Shown: piece by piece, positions 50,422 to 64,000 of the stretch
Layout: each line of letters starts with the position of its first letter
How positions within the stretch are numbered: the stretch's first letter is position 1
Source of the DNA: Trichosphaerium sp. ATCC 40318
Lineage: Eukaryota > Protista > Tubulinea
Reading direction: 5' to 3'
DNA length: 64,000 bases
NCBI GenBank assembly: GCA_038496445.1
Contig: JALMLS010000071.1
Coordinates: forward strand, 62,001 to 126,000
Notes under the pieces: generated by a model
The model's database searches: none
Told to the model about the DNA's origin: nothing
Seen by the model: only the letters and a program-made list of their open reading frames with translations
Made by a program: the position numbers and the translations under genes

Positions 50422-51110
50422 TAACGATCATAGGCTGCTATGCAGTACCTAATCATAGTTTATATAGAGCTTTTCCCTAACGGCAGAACTCACCTCTATA
50501 TCGGACCTTATAATTTTCTTGGCCCAGACCGAGTTCCTAAGTTAATTACGTGCTACTTACGAGGACATGCTGGCTAATGTAACGATTCAAGCTTTCACAC
50601 TACGTCGGATTAAGATGGAACTTTTCACAATTCCACCTCGCAATGCATACACCCACTAAGCTAGACGGAGGACTCCCTTAAATTGTTTTCGACCAAATGG
50701 CTAGGAAGCCCCACGCGTGGTGCACACACTGCAACTACTACAATTTACTCAATATTTTCGTTTCTTTTTATACCCATAAAAACTAGTGAGAAATAAATTG
50801 TGGGATACAGAGCGTACTTCACTGAAAATTCTATTGCAATTACTCAAATATGGATAATGCACATTTCAAAACGCTCTTAAAGGCTTGCGCTTGCTAGTTA
50901 CAAGTGTGAAAACCGTATCAGCGAAGTTTTGGTTCAAAAAACGTGCAACTAATCGAGAACTTCTTTTTCTGGTTGTATTGTCGATACACTTCACTAAATC
51001 TAATTTAAGTACTCAAAAACGGATAATACGTATTTAAACACGCTCATACAGGTCTGTGGTAGCTAGTTACTTGTGTGGAAACCTTATCGGCGATGTTTTG
51101 GTTCACAAAA
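50422..51110. repeat. Non-coding module A, left copy (inverted copy at 61541-62235)
   Basis: Near-identical reverse complement of the right copy; includes a GC-richer 330-nt block and two diverged units of about 170 bp. Confidence 0.9.
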
Positions 51111-51822
51111 CGTGACACGATGTATGTTGTGTACCCAATAAAAACGCAAGTAAAGGTCTGGATTAGAAAGTTGTCACAAATGGAATTCGGTTAGTAAGGC
51201 TTCGTGTGTATTTATTGAGCGTACATAAACACAATAAAGTACCTAACATTCAAGTGTGTTGGTGACTTTTACAGGTTTCAACAGAGTACGTAGTTTAATG
51301 AACGAATTTAAAAACAGTTGCAGTTATCACCGTTGGCATGGCTATGTTGTTGTAGGTTTTAGTGTAAACAGTATTTTACCCAGCTCTATGCAACCAATTT
51401 GAACCAAAGTCACAACTTAAGGGAGCATAGTATTAGAGAAACACTGAGTACCATCCAAACAACGGTAGTAATTCTTAAAAGGTCAAAGTATAATAAACGG
51501 TAGGCCACTCTCATATCAAATTCATGCTTTTTGCAAAGCCCACACTGGTGTTATAGAAGATGCTACAACCAAGATAGTTTGTAACTGTAAAGTTCAGTGA
51601 CTGGACCATTGTCAAATGTTTGAAGGAACTGCTTATGTTGATAGCAAGTCACCTAAAGCGGCTATTCCTTAAATGTATTAATTGTCTACACGTGTTTTTT
51701 TATGTTACTTAATACTGGTATTTATTGTATCATAAGGATTAAGACGTACATACAAACTCGTATAGCCTGTTGTACCCTAATTAGGTCATCGCTATACTCA
51801 CAAGTATTAAATAGTATTTAAA

Positions 51823-52450
51823 ATGGGCGCACGACAATCAACAACACCTGAGGTAATTAGTTTATGCCAAATGATGTACTTAAACCAAGCATAGGACATA
51901 ATTTCTGAAGCAGAGCAATCTTGCCACCTACTACACCTTCCAGTGGAGCTACACCTTATTATCACAGAGCTAGATGTTCAAGTTTATATCACGTGGGCAC
52001 TCTTATCCAAGCGCACAGCAAGAACAAGATTTGATTCTGATCTTAACAAACATGGCATGTGGCTGAAAACAAGAAGAGTAACCAGAGCTATACCACCTTA
52101 CGTAATCTCAAAACTAAAAATCATAGAGAGAGGATATTGGAAACATGGTCAACGTCATGGCGAGTCTACTTGTTATTTTAACAATGGGAAACTGGGATTA
52201 CAAAGAACTTTTGTTGATGGAAAACAAGAGGGAGAATGCAAGGAGTGGTATGATAACGGTCAATTAGCAAGCTTGCGGTATTATGTCAATGGTGAGGTTG
52301 AAGGACAGTACAAGAGATGGCACTCTAATGGTAAATGGTACTTTTAAAAAAGGTCAGCGCCACGGAGAGCAAAAAAAATGGGATTTTAATGGTGAATTAC
52401 ATGGGCATGTGCTGTATATAAATGATGTACTTCAAACAACAATAATATAA
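51823..52450 (+). pseudogene. MGARQS (myristoylation-like) F-box + MORN gene with an 11-nt deletion
   Basis: MGARQSTTPE|DII..LLHLPVELHLII..YITWALLSK; lacks gtcagcaatgt near 52339 relative to the 63.6-kb copy. Confidence 0.8.
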
Positions 52451-52956
52451 AATAAGAGTGTACTTCCTTGACCAAGGTGTCCTCCAAAAAGCTTTCTCTG
52501 TGTCACTAATACAAAAGAATCATTCAATTTTTCAACTTGTATGGAAAATTTAGCAGGGCGTCCTACTTTTGGACCTTTTTAAGTAACTTTGTTAACATAT
52601 TTGCCGATAGTGTCCTATTTGTGCAACAACAGTGCATTAACCACAGCTTTACACCACCGAAACCTGTGAACAGAATGTTAGAATAACTGTTGACAACTAA
52701 TACGCAATTGTTTGGGAGAAAACACAACGTCTTAGTGACTATCAATAGCACACTGATGTCGTGTATATTTGTTACATAAAACACCACAGCGCACTCGTGC
52801 GAATTATATTATATTCAGTAAAGATATGAATTTCAAGGTTGAGCTTAGGTCTCACGAATTCAAACGCCAGCTGAAATGATTGACATACTCATTCATCAAT
52901 CAAAAAAAAAAAGTGTTAAGTTTAGTTTTAAGTAGAACCAACAAAGAACGCCACCA

Positions 52957-53060
52957 ATGAAGATAAAAATAAAAACACTACCAGGAAATGATATAATAAT
53001 TGAACTGGAGCCAAGTGACACTATTGAAAACGTAAAAGTAAAAATCGAATTCAAAGAAGG
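52957..53060 (+). pseudogene. Ubiquitin variant B, exon 1 only
   Basis: [34 protein letters not shown], then joined to a copy of 51510-51668 instead of the intron and exon 2. Confidence 0.8.
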
Positions 53061-53296
53061 TACCATGACATTTTCATATCAAATTCACACTTTTTGCAAA
53101 GCCCACACTGTAGAAGATGTTACAACCACGATTGTTATTTTCTCTTTGTAATTGTAAAGAACTTTACATTCAGTGACTAGACCATTGTCAAATGTTTGAA
53201 GGAACAGGTTAAGTTGATAGCAAGTCACCTAAAGCGGCTATTCAAAATATATTTCCCTTTGGTGACAGCAAAAAATAGAACAGTTTATTAATTCGT

Positions 53297-53895
53297 TCAC
53301 ACATTGTTACGCTTAGCTTTGATGACTTTGATACGTTCAGACAAACTGAAACCGATCTCTATGAGTGCATCCATATCAATTTCTGAAATTTTGGCACGTG
53401 CTTCATTCATAAGTGATCCAAGCTCTTGTGCTCGGTTATTGTCAAAGCCCAATCTCACCAATTCCAACTCCCAATCTGGTACTGACTGTTGCACTGAGTC
53501 ATTTTGAGTATTAGTGAAACTTTCCTACACAAGAGATGTAAATCAGTTCTATGGATCAATTCTAAAGAGTACCTCATTGATGTCAGAAACAGTAGGCTTA
53601 TTACTCCATGAATTTTGAGATATAAGTTCAGAAATATTCTTGCTTTACCATGGAACACCCCTTTTTTAAATTCGCCACTAAATTCAGCGCCGCTTGACAT
53701 AATTGCTCGCCCTGTGGCGTGTAACGTGCCTTCTGAAATTCCGCCAGTGTATTTAGAACAATCCGACAATATCATATCTACTTCACCAGTGAGTTTGCCA
53801 TCCTTACTTTCGCCATCTACAACAAAGGAGCTTAGTAAACCAAAACTGGCCCTACAAATATAGACATAACTACCATATGTATCAGTTCCTACCAC
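53297..53895 (-). pseudogene. MORN-SAM-like remnant; 3' part duplicates 43085-43430
   Basis: Direct duplicate of the SAM-like exon fused to different MORN repeats; the intron donor is mutated. Confidence 0.7.
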
Positions 53896-54090
53896 CTAGT
53901 TCCTGCTGACAACACTTAAAAAAAAACTGCCAATTAAGCGAAGAAATAAATAGCTAGCTATGCTCAAGAAGACCACGGAATGTATCGTTATTAACTTGTT
54001 AGCATTTGGTGGGTCACCTTTACGAAAAAGAAACGTCAGACTGATTTTACATTTTGTTTTTTTTTTATTTGGACTCCATTAGCTTTTTCT

Positions 54091-57000
54091 TCACTTCTTG
54101 GGTTTCATAAAGCTTGAAAAAAGACGTTTCATAATACCAAGCCTTGGTTGTCTTGTTTCATTATCATCATCACCTTCATCACCATCTTTAGATCCTTTTT
54201 TTTCGGCTAATAGTGTTTTTTCTCTTTCTTCTTTTTCTTTCTTTTCTTTTGCTTCTTTTTCAGCTCTTTCTTTTGCTAACTTCTCTGCAGCAATTGCTTC
54301 TTCTAATGCATCAGGTTTTCTAACATAATCAAAAGCATAGTATCCCTCAGGAGGAGAAAACTTGAATGGTTTTCTTCCAAAATTGAAGTCAGCCTCTGTC
54401 ACATATCTATTCATAGATAACCCAGGTGCTAACCCACCAGTTGTGTCAATACCAACAAAACAATTTCCTATAATAACAGTAAGCAAAGCAACAAAAATGC
54501 ATCAACACTGAAAGGCAAGGATTTTGTTCGACTTTCAAGAACATAAAAGTTATTGGTTTTGTACCTAGGTCTTTTCCATTGTGTCCAAAACCTAATGTTC
54601 GGTTATCCAAGTCTACGTAGCATTGAATAATATCTCCTTTGTTCCAATGAGACACTATAAAGGGAAGAAATAAGTAATAAATTGCACACAATAAACCACA
54701 AACAAATCAAAAAATGAAAAAAAATGAGTCCACAAGTAGAGCAGAACAAAACCAAAGGTAAAAACTAACCTTTGCTCTTTATCGGAATAATATCTTTAGC
54801 ATGCCATATAATAACTCTACCAAGATCTATACCCCATCCATACTCGTCATCACCAACACCACAACCTTTCATACGATTCATATCACAAGCAGGTCGTATC
54901 CAACCTAAAAAAAAGTCAAAACCTCCGGCTTTGTTTAAAGAAAAAAAACCAACAAAACACTGTCGGTTTAGGTATTGTATCTGTTTTATACCTATCTGCA
55001 TTACTCCGGCATCATTCAGTATCTCTACTTCATAATACCATCTACCAGTTTGTGCGAATACATTCGCTTTTCCACTTTCAAAGAACGGAAAGATATTTTT
55101 TGTACGTGTTCCTCCAGCATCAACAATAACACCTTCAGTAGCACGTTCCATAACCACGTCCTTTTCTTTATCATATTGAAAATCTCCTAAACATAATAAT
55201 CAGTGAATAATTTTCTTGTAGAGCAAATTAGAGTATAAGGAAGCCGTAAAACAACCAAAAGAAGAAATATAAGAAAAAAGGAGGAAAGCTTCCACAAGGT
55301 TCCTTTAAAAAAAAGCCTTTATGGCGAATTCTACTGCAAAGCACAAAACAATACGAGTAGTATAAAAAAGTACTAGATTAATTAAAAACTGTAAAATAAG
55401 GTTACCATCTATGACATCAATAGTTGATTTTATCCAAAAGCCTGCAATCTTTTCTGTTTCGTCCTTTTTCGCTTCCGTGCCAAAAACAGAGAGCTTACTT
55501 GCAGCCTTCCATTGTTGGTACTTAGACTTTAAGTACTCTTGTATTTGAGAAAGCTCAAAAGCATATTCAATTCGTACAGCCTCATGAGAGGCTAAGCTGT
55601 GGATAACAAACATTGCTGTGTTAAAAGTTTCACCATCAGTTTTTTTGAGTATTTTCAGCATGAACGTCAACAAGTTGAGCTTACACACTTGGAGAGCTAT
55701 ATCTTCTAAACCAAAAGAGTTAATACAACATAAAAGTAAATCATCAAAATAAATGGCAAGCGAGTTTGATAACCAAACAAACAATAGTAAGAAGAGAAAA
55801 AAAAGATAGAAAAAATTTACCTTTCAAACAAAACGTGTGGAGTAGTTGTAAAGCACTACGTTCTTTACCCGCCTCAGCGGTAACTACACAATCAACAGTC
55901 TTTTGTTGTAAATCTCCTACAGATAATTATAAGCAAACACAAGTTCTTCAACCAAAACCAGAATATCGGCTTTTTTGCAACGTACGATTATCTGTGAATA
56001 AAACAAGAAGCTCCATGATAAGACCCAAGAAGTATTGTGTCCATTTTCCATGACCTTCTATTTTTTTACGAAGAATTGTTATTCCTCCTCTATCCAGAAA
56101 CTCGCTTACACTCTGTTCTAAACAAAAAAATGTTACCGAAAAAAACTTACAAAGGAAGAAGTTGCTTTCTTTGAAAAAGAGCCGTAACACCAAGATACTT
56201 TCTCCACAATTTCCAAAACGACTGTGAAGTAAATATAGATAACATAGGAGAATTTAAGCGTACCATAATTATTCAGTACATGAGACAGGAGCTGAATACC
56301 AGCAACTTTTGATGGAAATAAAGTCAAGATTTGGAATATCATTTCATAACCTCCTTGCTCAATAAAGAACGAAATATTCCTCTCTAAGGAAAGATGAGTA
56401 TTGTAAAAAGAATTTAAAAGGTCCTTTAGACCCAAAAACCAAGAAATACGGATTTTCTCCCTAATTTTGTTTGGGCGTTGTGTTTTATCTTACCTGATAG
56501 TAAAAAGTACTCTACTAGACCACATAGCTTCCATGTGCCCTCATCATCCATCTTTTCAATACAATACTTGCAAATATCTATAGCAGATTTAAAATCATCC
56601 AAATTCGTTACACCTAAAGACTGTTATTTAGCACATGAGCAGCGGAGTCAAAAAAAAAAACTTGAATCAATCTACTAAGTCAAAAATTTGTTATGTGCTT
56701 CGTACGCTTTTCATGTAATAAGAATCCGACACCATGGTATTTCAGACGATTCATAGATGTGATTAACTAGATAAAGAAAAGTTAGAGGGCGAAGACATGA
56801 TGTAGATAAAACATACGCTATAGATATACTTTGAATCTGTTTTGTAGTGTTTTTTAAGCGCTGGAAACATTAAAGACCAAGCATCAAGATCAATAGCAAC
56901 TTTGAAAAAGTTGGGCCCCATCTCATTGCCTTCTTTGTGATCTAAACAAAACATAAGCAAACAAAGGGAAAAAAATAAACATAACAAAAAATTGCACAAG

Positions 57001-58779
57001 AAGCTGCAACCATAGTTACCAATGGCGTTGTAGTGGTTGAACACCAATGCTAACAGCTAATAAACATGATATTTTCTCACATACCATTGATAGCTATAAT
57101 ACCCAAAGCCTCACTAGCAGCTACCTTTAATTGCGTTTAGTATGGATCAATTGTAAAAAAAAAATATATTGTCGTTCAAATTTATACTTATGCCGTACTT
57201 GAACTTCAGGGTGATCACTGTTGTTCCGTACAATATCACAAAGCATCTCAGCTATCTTTTTTTCTTCAAAATATTCCCAATCATCAATACCATACGTCTT
57301 AACAGTCTTACCTACAAGCAACAAAAACGTAAGTTCATCACCTACACGGAAAAAAACAAAGCATTGTAACTGCATGTGTCTATCACGTGTGGCTATAAAC
57401 ACTTACGCATTATCTGATAGAATATTGTACTAAGAGTAGAGAGCGCGAATTGAAGCTCTTTACCACCTCCATAACGAATTTTATTCAAGATTGTATCCAA
57501 CACATTTTGCTGTAAAGGTCGCTTCAAAATGACCGATAGTCTCAACCCAAGATCAGCGAATGGATCTTGACCCAATTGAGATATATAATCAAATGTGCAT
57601 AAGTGCGATACACACCTAGATCCCTTTCCTAGAACAAGCCTAAATGATGAATTAGCGCACTTCAGAAAAAAAGTTTCACGACTTAAAAAAAAACATCTAA
57701 AAAAACGCACTTTGCTGTTGGTGCATCGACACCACCTGGAATTATATTTCTCATAAATACACCAGCATCATCTGCAATCTCAGTAGTTTGCATAGAATCG
57801 TATGTGCCAAGAGCCATTCTACATAGGAGGCCAGATTTTGCTTTCCACAAGATTTTTCCCTTTATTCCTAAACAAAAATTAGAAGCTCGGTTCCAGTTGT
57901 TTTTTGCGTACTTGAGTGTAGAATGGTCGTTTCACCATGTGTTACCCATCCTGCTATTATTAGTGGTTTATCAATATGAACATCATTTATGAATAGAGAG
58001 TCAGATAAGAGAATGACATCCCAAGGTTTAGCAGCACTTACAGAAAAAATTAGAAATTTTTTTCTGGACATGGTAAAAACTTCAATACGCACTCAATAGC
58101 ATCCTGCATCAATAAATATTTTCTTTTCGTACGCTTGGGTGTACCTTCTTCTTCATGTGGCTCTAAAGTATCATGGCTTTTACAAACAAAGGAAAACGAA
58201 GTCTACAAAATGTAAGCGAAGGTAAACAATAAAAAAATATTAATTCAATAAAAAAAGAATTCAGCATCCGTACGATTGCGCGGTACAAAAACTTCCCAGT
58301 GAGCTCAGGTATTAAACCATGATACCCTTGACCTGTAGGATCAGCCTTAATTACTTTAATAAAGTTTATCATGAGTGTTTCAAGAGCAAATGGTTTATCT
58401 TTCGGAGAAATAATTTTTTTTTTTCCTGCGTCATCTTCTTCTTTTTTCGAAGCCAGTTCTTCTTGTTCTTTGTCGAATTCTGCCACGTTTTTTTGAATGC
58501 TTTTAACGTATTGTTGGTAAACAGGCTGCCTTTTAAGCGCGTTAGAGTTTTTTAACGTCTGCAATTAGAATTAAAGTGTTTTATAACGGTTTTGCGGCCA
58601 TTCGAAGTTTCTAGCCAAAAATACAAATGAATTTCATTGATTTCAGGAGAATAAGCTTTCAGCTGTTGTGTGGAGTACTTAAATCACGCTGTAACGCGAA
58701 ATAGCTAATGTATTGTTTTATGTAAACGAAGAACTTACCAGACGTCTCTGTCGCTATCACCGACTTCCTTCCATAGCAT
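54091..58779 (-). CDS. Large helical-repeat (ARM-like) protein with C-terminal SPRY domain
   Basis: GRWYYEVEI..GVMQIG|W...GVGDDEYGWGID, WNKGDIIQCYVDLD, FNFGRKPFKFSPPEGY; many exons. Confidence 0.8.
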
Positions 58780-59363
58780 GCAAACGCGTAATGAGTTACA
58801 TAAGCTGACGCCATCCAAACATGTTAAAATTTGCACCTACAATATACTTATTATGATGGGGATGCCACTGGGCATACTAAAAGCTCCAAAGGAAAGTAAT
58901 CAAATGGACTGGAGTCTGAGTCATCTACAGGCTCTTCTGCGTCCATCAAATCCATGCTCCTCTTATATTCGGTCAGCTTGGTTGTCTTTACAGAAATGAA
59001 TTCGCTTGACAAAAACTTTTGTAAATGGCGCCTAATTTATCCCTCGCAACGTGGTAAATGTACGTCACTTCGTCTAGGTCGTAACGTAGAGTGGAAAGGA
59101 TTGTTGAACAGTTAGCTGTTTGTATATTACAGTATGTATTGCATGCTGGACGTTTAGTGACCAACTAAAGCGAAAAGTTAAACCACTTTTGGGTTAGATG
59201 GCTTTTTTACGTTCAAACAGCTGCTTAGCTTGTAAATTGCGCGTGAACAAAAGGTAAAACAATAAAAAAACTTCAATTCCAAAGAGAGCTTACAACATCT
59301 TGAAAGAGAGTTTGAAAAAAACGCGAAAAAATGGTCTCTTGGAGACTACTGTCACTTCCAACT

Positions 59364-61168
<1,805 letters not shown>

Positions 61169-61540
61169 TTTGATTTCTGGCTTTTCTCGTTTTACAGACA
61201 AAACGACTTCATGCAGACTTGTTGTTGACTATTTCTACCCTAAAATTTTTCCTTTTTTTGTTTCGTTCACTTTAATGGAGCAGCACGAGAGATTCTTCAA
61301 GCTAAACGTTCTAGCACTGGAATCTGCATCATTGTTATTGTTTTAACCACTCAGAATACTACTCGTTAACAGAAATACTATTTAGTAGTAAAAATCACGT
61401 GGAAGTTGATACGTACACTATTCCTAATACGTCGAAGCAAACAGATGCACACTTGTGAATGCAATTGCGGTACTTTAATATTTTTCATCTTATTATGTTC
61501 AGCGAGGAACCGTCTATACTTCCATGTGGTTATCTTACAG

Positions 61541-62235
61541 GAACCAAAACATTACCGATAAGGTTTCCACACAAGTAAATAGCTACCACAGACCTGTATG
61601 AGCGTGTTTAAATACGTATTATTCGTTTTTGAGTACTTAAATTAGATTTAGTGAGTGTATCGACAATACAACCAGAAAAAGAAGTTCTCGATTAGTTGCA
61701 CGTTTTTTGAACCAAAACTTCGCTGCTACGGTTTTCACACTTGTAACTAGCTTGCACAAGCCTTTAAGAACGTTTTGAAATGTGCATTATCCATATTTGA
61801 GTAATTAAAATAGAAATTTCAGTGAAGTAACCTTCTAGAAGCTTCTATTAATACCACAATTTATTTCTGATTAGTTTTTATGGGTATAAAAAGAAACGAA
61901 AATATTGAGTAAATTGTAGTAGTTGCAGTGTGTGCACCACGCGTGGGGCTTCCTAGCCATTTGGTCGAAAACAATTTAAGGGAGTCCTCCGTCTAGCTTA
62001 GTGGGTGTATGCATTGCGAGGTGGATCCGCGAAAAGTTCCATCTTAATCCGACGTAGTGTGAAAGCTTGAATCGTTACATTAGCCAGCATGTCCTCGTAA
62101 GTAGCACGTAATTAACTTAGGAACTCGGTCTGGGCCAAGAAAATTATAAGGTCCAATACAGAGGTGAGTTCTGCCGTTAGGGAAAAGCTCTATATAAACT
62201 ATGATTAGGTACTGCATAGCAGCCTATGATCGTTC
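61541..62235. repeat. Non-coding module A, right copy
   Basis: Reverse complement of 50422-51110. Confidence 0.9.
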
Positions 62236-62542
62236 TTTTTGATACTTGGCTTTCATCAGGTTTTGCACTATAAACTTGTTTACAAAAGATTACAAAACAA
62301 CATCAAAACAGCGTAGTATGGTAAGAAGTCTGCGATAGTTACACTTTAGGCAACAGAAATTGACTGATGTGATTGAATTAGAATTCCCGTCTTCTTTAAC
62401 GCACCATTGTTCTTCCCTGTCTTTCAAATTCAGAGACTGCTGCGTGTCGCCAAATGTACGAGGGTAAGGTAGTCAAGTTGTATACTATTTATTATGTCTT
62501 TCGTGTCATGAGTGCATTGATTGATTTAATCAACTTTCCGCC

Positions 62543-62812
62543 TTACATTCGTATCTGAAGGAATAATATAGAACCATCTTCTACTTTATAATGCGCTAAA
62601 GTCTTGCTATCCTCTAGTTCCTTCTCAGCAAAGATAATTCTTTGTAGGTTATTTGGAATACCTACAAATGTATTAATTTACTTGATTAGAGTGTTTAATC
62701 TTGTTTTTGCACCTTCTTTGAAGTCGATTTTTACTTTTACGTTTTCAATAGTGTCACTTGGCTCCAGTTCAATTATTATCTCCCCTGTTATTGATTTTAT
62801 TGTTATCTTCAT
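62543..62812 (-). CDS. Ubiquitin variant C, intact ORF with no GG tail
   Basis: [33 protein letters not shown]|[39 protein letters not shown]. Confidence 0.8.
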
Positions 62813-63519
62813 TGGTGGCGTTCTTTGTTGATTCTACTTAAAACTAAACTTAAGGGCAGTTATCCCAATCAGTGAAGGCTATTTGGCCTAATTACCATTC
62901 TGTTAACAGTAATTTAAACACAAAAACAGCCTTAGATCCTAATCAGTGAACGCTATTTGGCCTAATTACTGTTACAATAATGTCTCAACAGTGGTCCTCT
63001 AATTTAATTAAATGCACTCGGGAGTCCCATTCTTTTTATCAAAATATGCTGATTTTTTATTTTTGCTGGATTTATGCTTAGCGGCCACCTAATTTTTCAA
63101 ATAAAAACTTACTGGTGGATTGTTACTCCAGAGCCAATTTCTTATCCCACCATGTTGGTTAGAGTGAAAATAACCTTGATTGTAAAAATCACTGAGATGA
63201 GTGTCAATCATTTCAGCCGGTGTTTGAATTCGTGAGACCGAAGCTCAACCTTGAAATTCATATCTTTACTGAATGTAATTTGCACAACTGCGCTTTGGTG
63301 TTTTATGTACAAATATACACGACATCAGCGCGCTATTGATAGTCACTAAGACGTTGTCTTTCCTCCAAACAATCACGTTTAGCCTGTCGTAACAGTTATT
63401 CTAGCATTCTGTTCACAGGTTTCGGTGGTGTAATGCTGTGGCTAATGCACTGTTGTTGCACAAATAGGACACTATCGGCTAATATGTTAACAAAGTTACT
63501 TAAAAAGGAAGTACACTCA

Positions 63520-64000
63520 TTTATATTATTGTTGTTTTTAGTACATCGTTTATATACAGCGTGCTCATGTAATTCACCATTAAAATCCCAGCTCTTTTGC
63601 TCTCCGTGGCGCTTACCTTTTTTAAAAGTACATTGCTGACACCATTTACCATTAGAGTGCCATCTCTTGTACTGTCCTTCAAGCTCACCATTGACATAAT
63701 ACCGCAAGCTTGCTAGTTGACCGTTATCATACCACTCCTTGCATTCTCCCTCTTGTTTTCCATCAACAAAAGTTCTTTGTAATCCCAGTTTCCCGTTCAA
63801 GTAGACTCTCCATGACGTTGACCATGTTTCCAATATCCTCTCTCTATGATTTTTAGTTTTGAGATTACATAAGGTGGTATAGCTCTGGTTACTCTTCTTG
63901 TTTTCAGCCACATGCCGTGTTTGTTAAGATCAGAATCAAATCTTGTTCTTGCTGTGTGCTTGGATAAGAGTGCCCACGTGATATAAACTTGAACATCTAG
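63520..64000 (-). pseudogene. F-box + MORN gene (inverted copy of 51823), 10-nt deletion; runs off the window
   Basis: Reverse complement of 51969-52450; lacks ttattttaac near 63798. Confidence 0.78.

Noticed and set aside
62867-62969. Two 29-bp direct repeats separated by 45 bp, CRISPR-like
   Set aside because: Only two copies, no cas genes and a eukaryotic context; more likely subterminal repeats of an insert.

Overview
AT-rich eukaryotic nuclear DNA, probably an amoeba-like protist (lineage is inference). Genes are dense, introns are short (mostly about 45-60 nt) and the standard genetic code is used. Two layers are interleaved. The first is intron-rich housekeeping or horizontally acquired genes: DUF4377-like, DOMON, PH-domain, cystatin, an inverted CYP450 pair, a QueC-like enzyme, SPRY-RCC1-PARP, NAPRT, a ricin-GH3 beta-xylosidase, a GT31 glycosyltransferase, an ARM/SPRY protein and a CaMK. 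The second is a fast-turnover, intron-poor accessory layer: F-box+LRR and F-box+MORN genes and remnants, ubiquitin variants lacking the GG tail that differ almost only by amino-acid changes, duplicated modules, and small TTAA-bounded or poly(A)-tailed elements. The best candidate for an undescribed system is this diversifying ubiquitin-ligase toolkit: shuffled 63-nt LRR cassettes, MORN receptors and linked non-conjugatable ubiquitin variants. Also notable are a roughly 9-fold excess of CACGTG (conserved inside diverged introns) and frequent AAG splice acceptors. Gene models were spliced by eye, so some ends are approximate.
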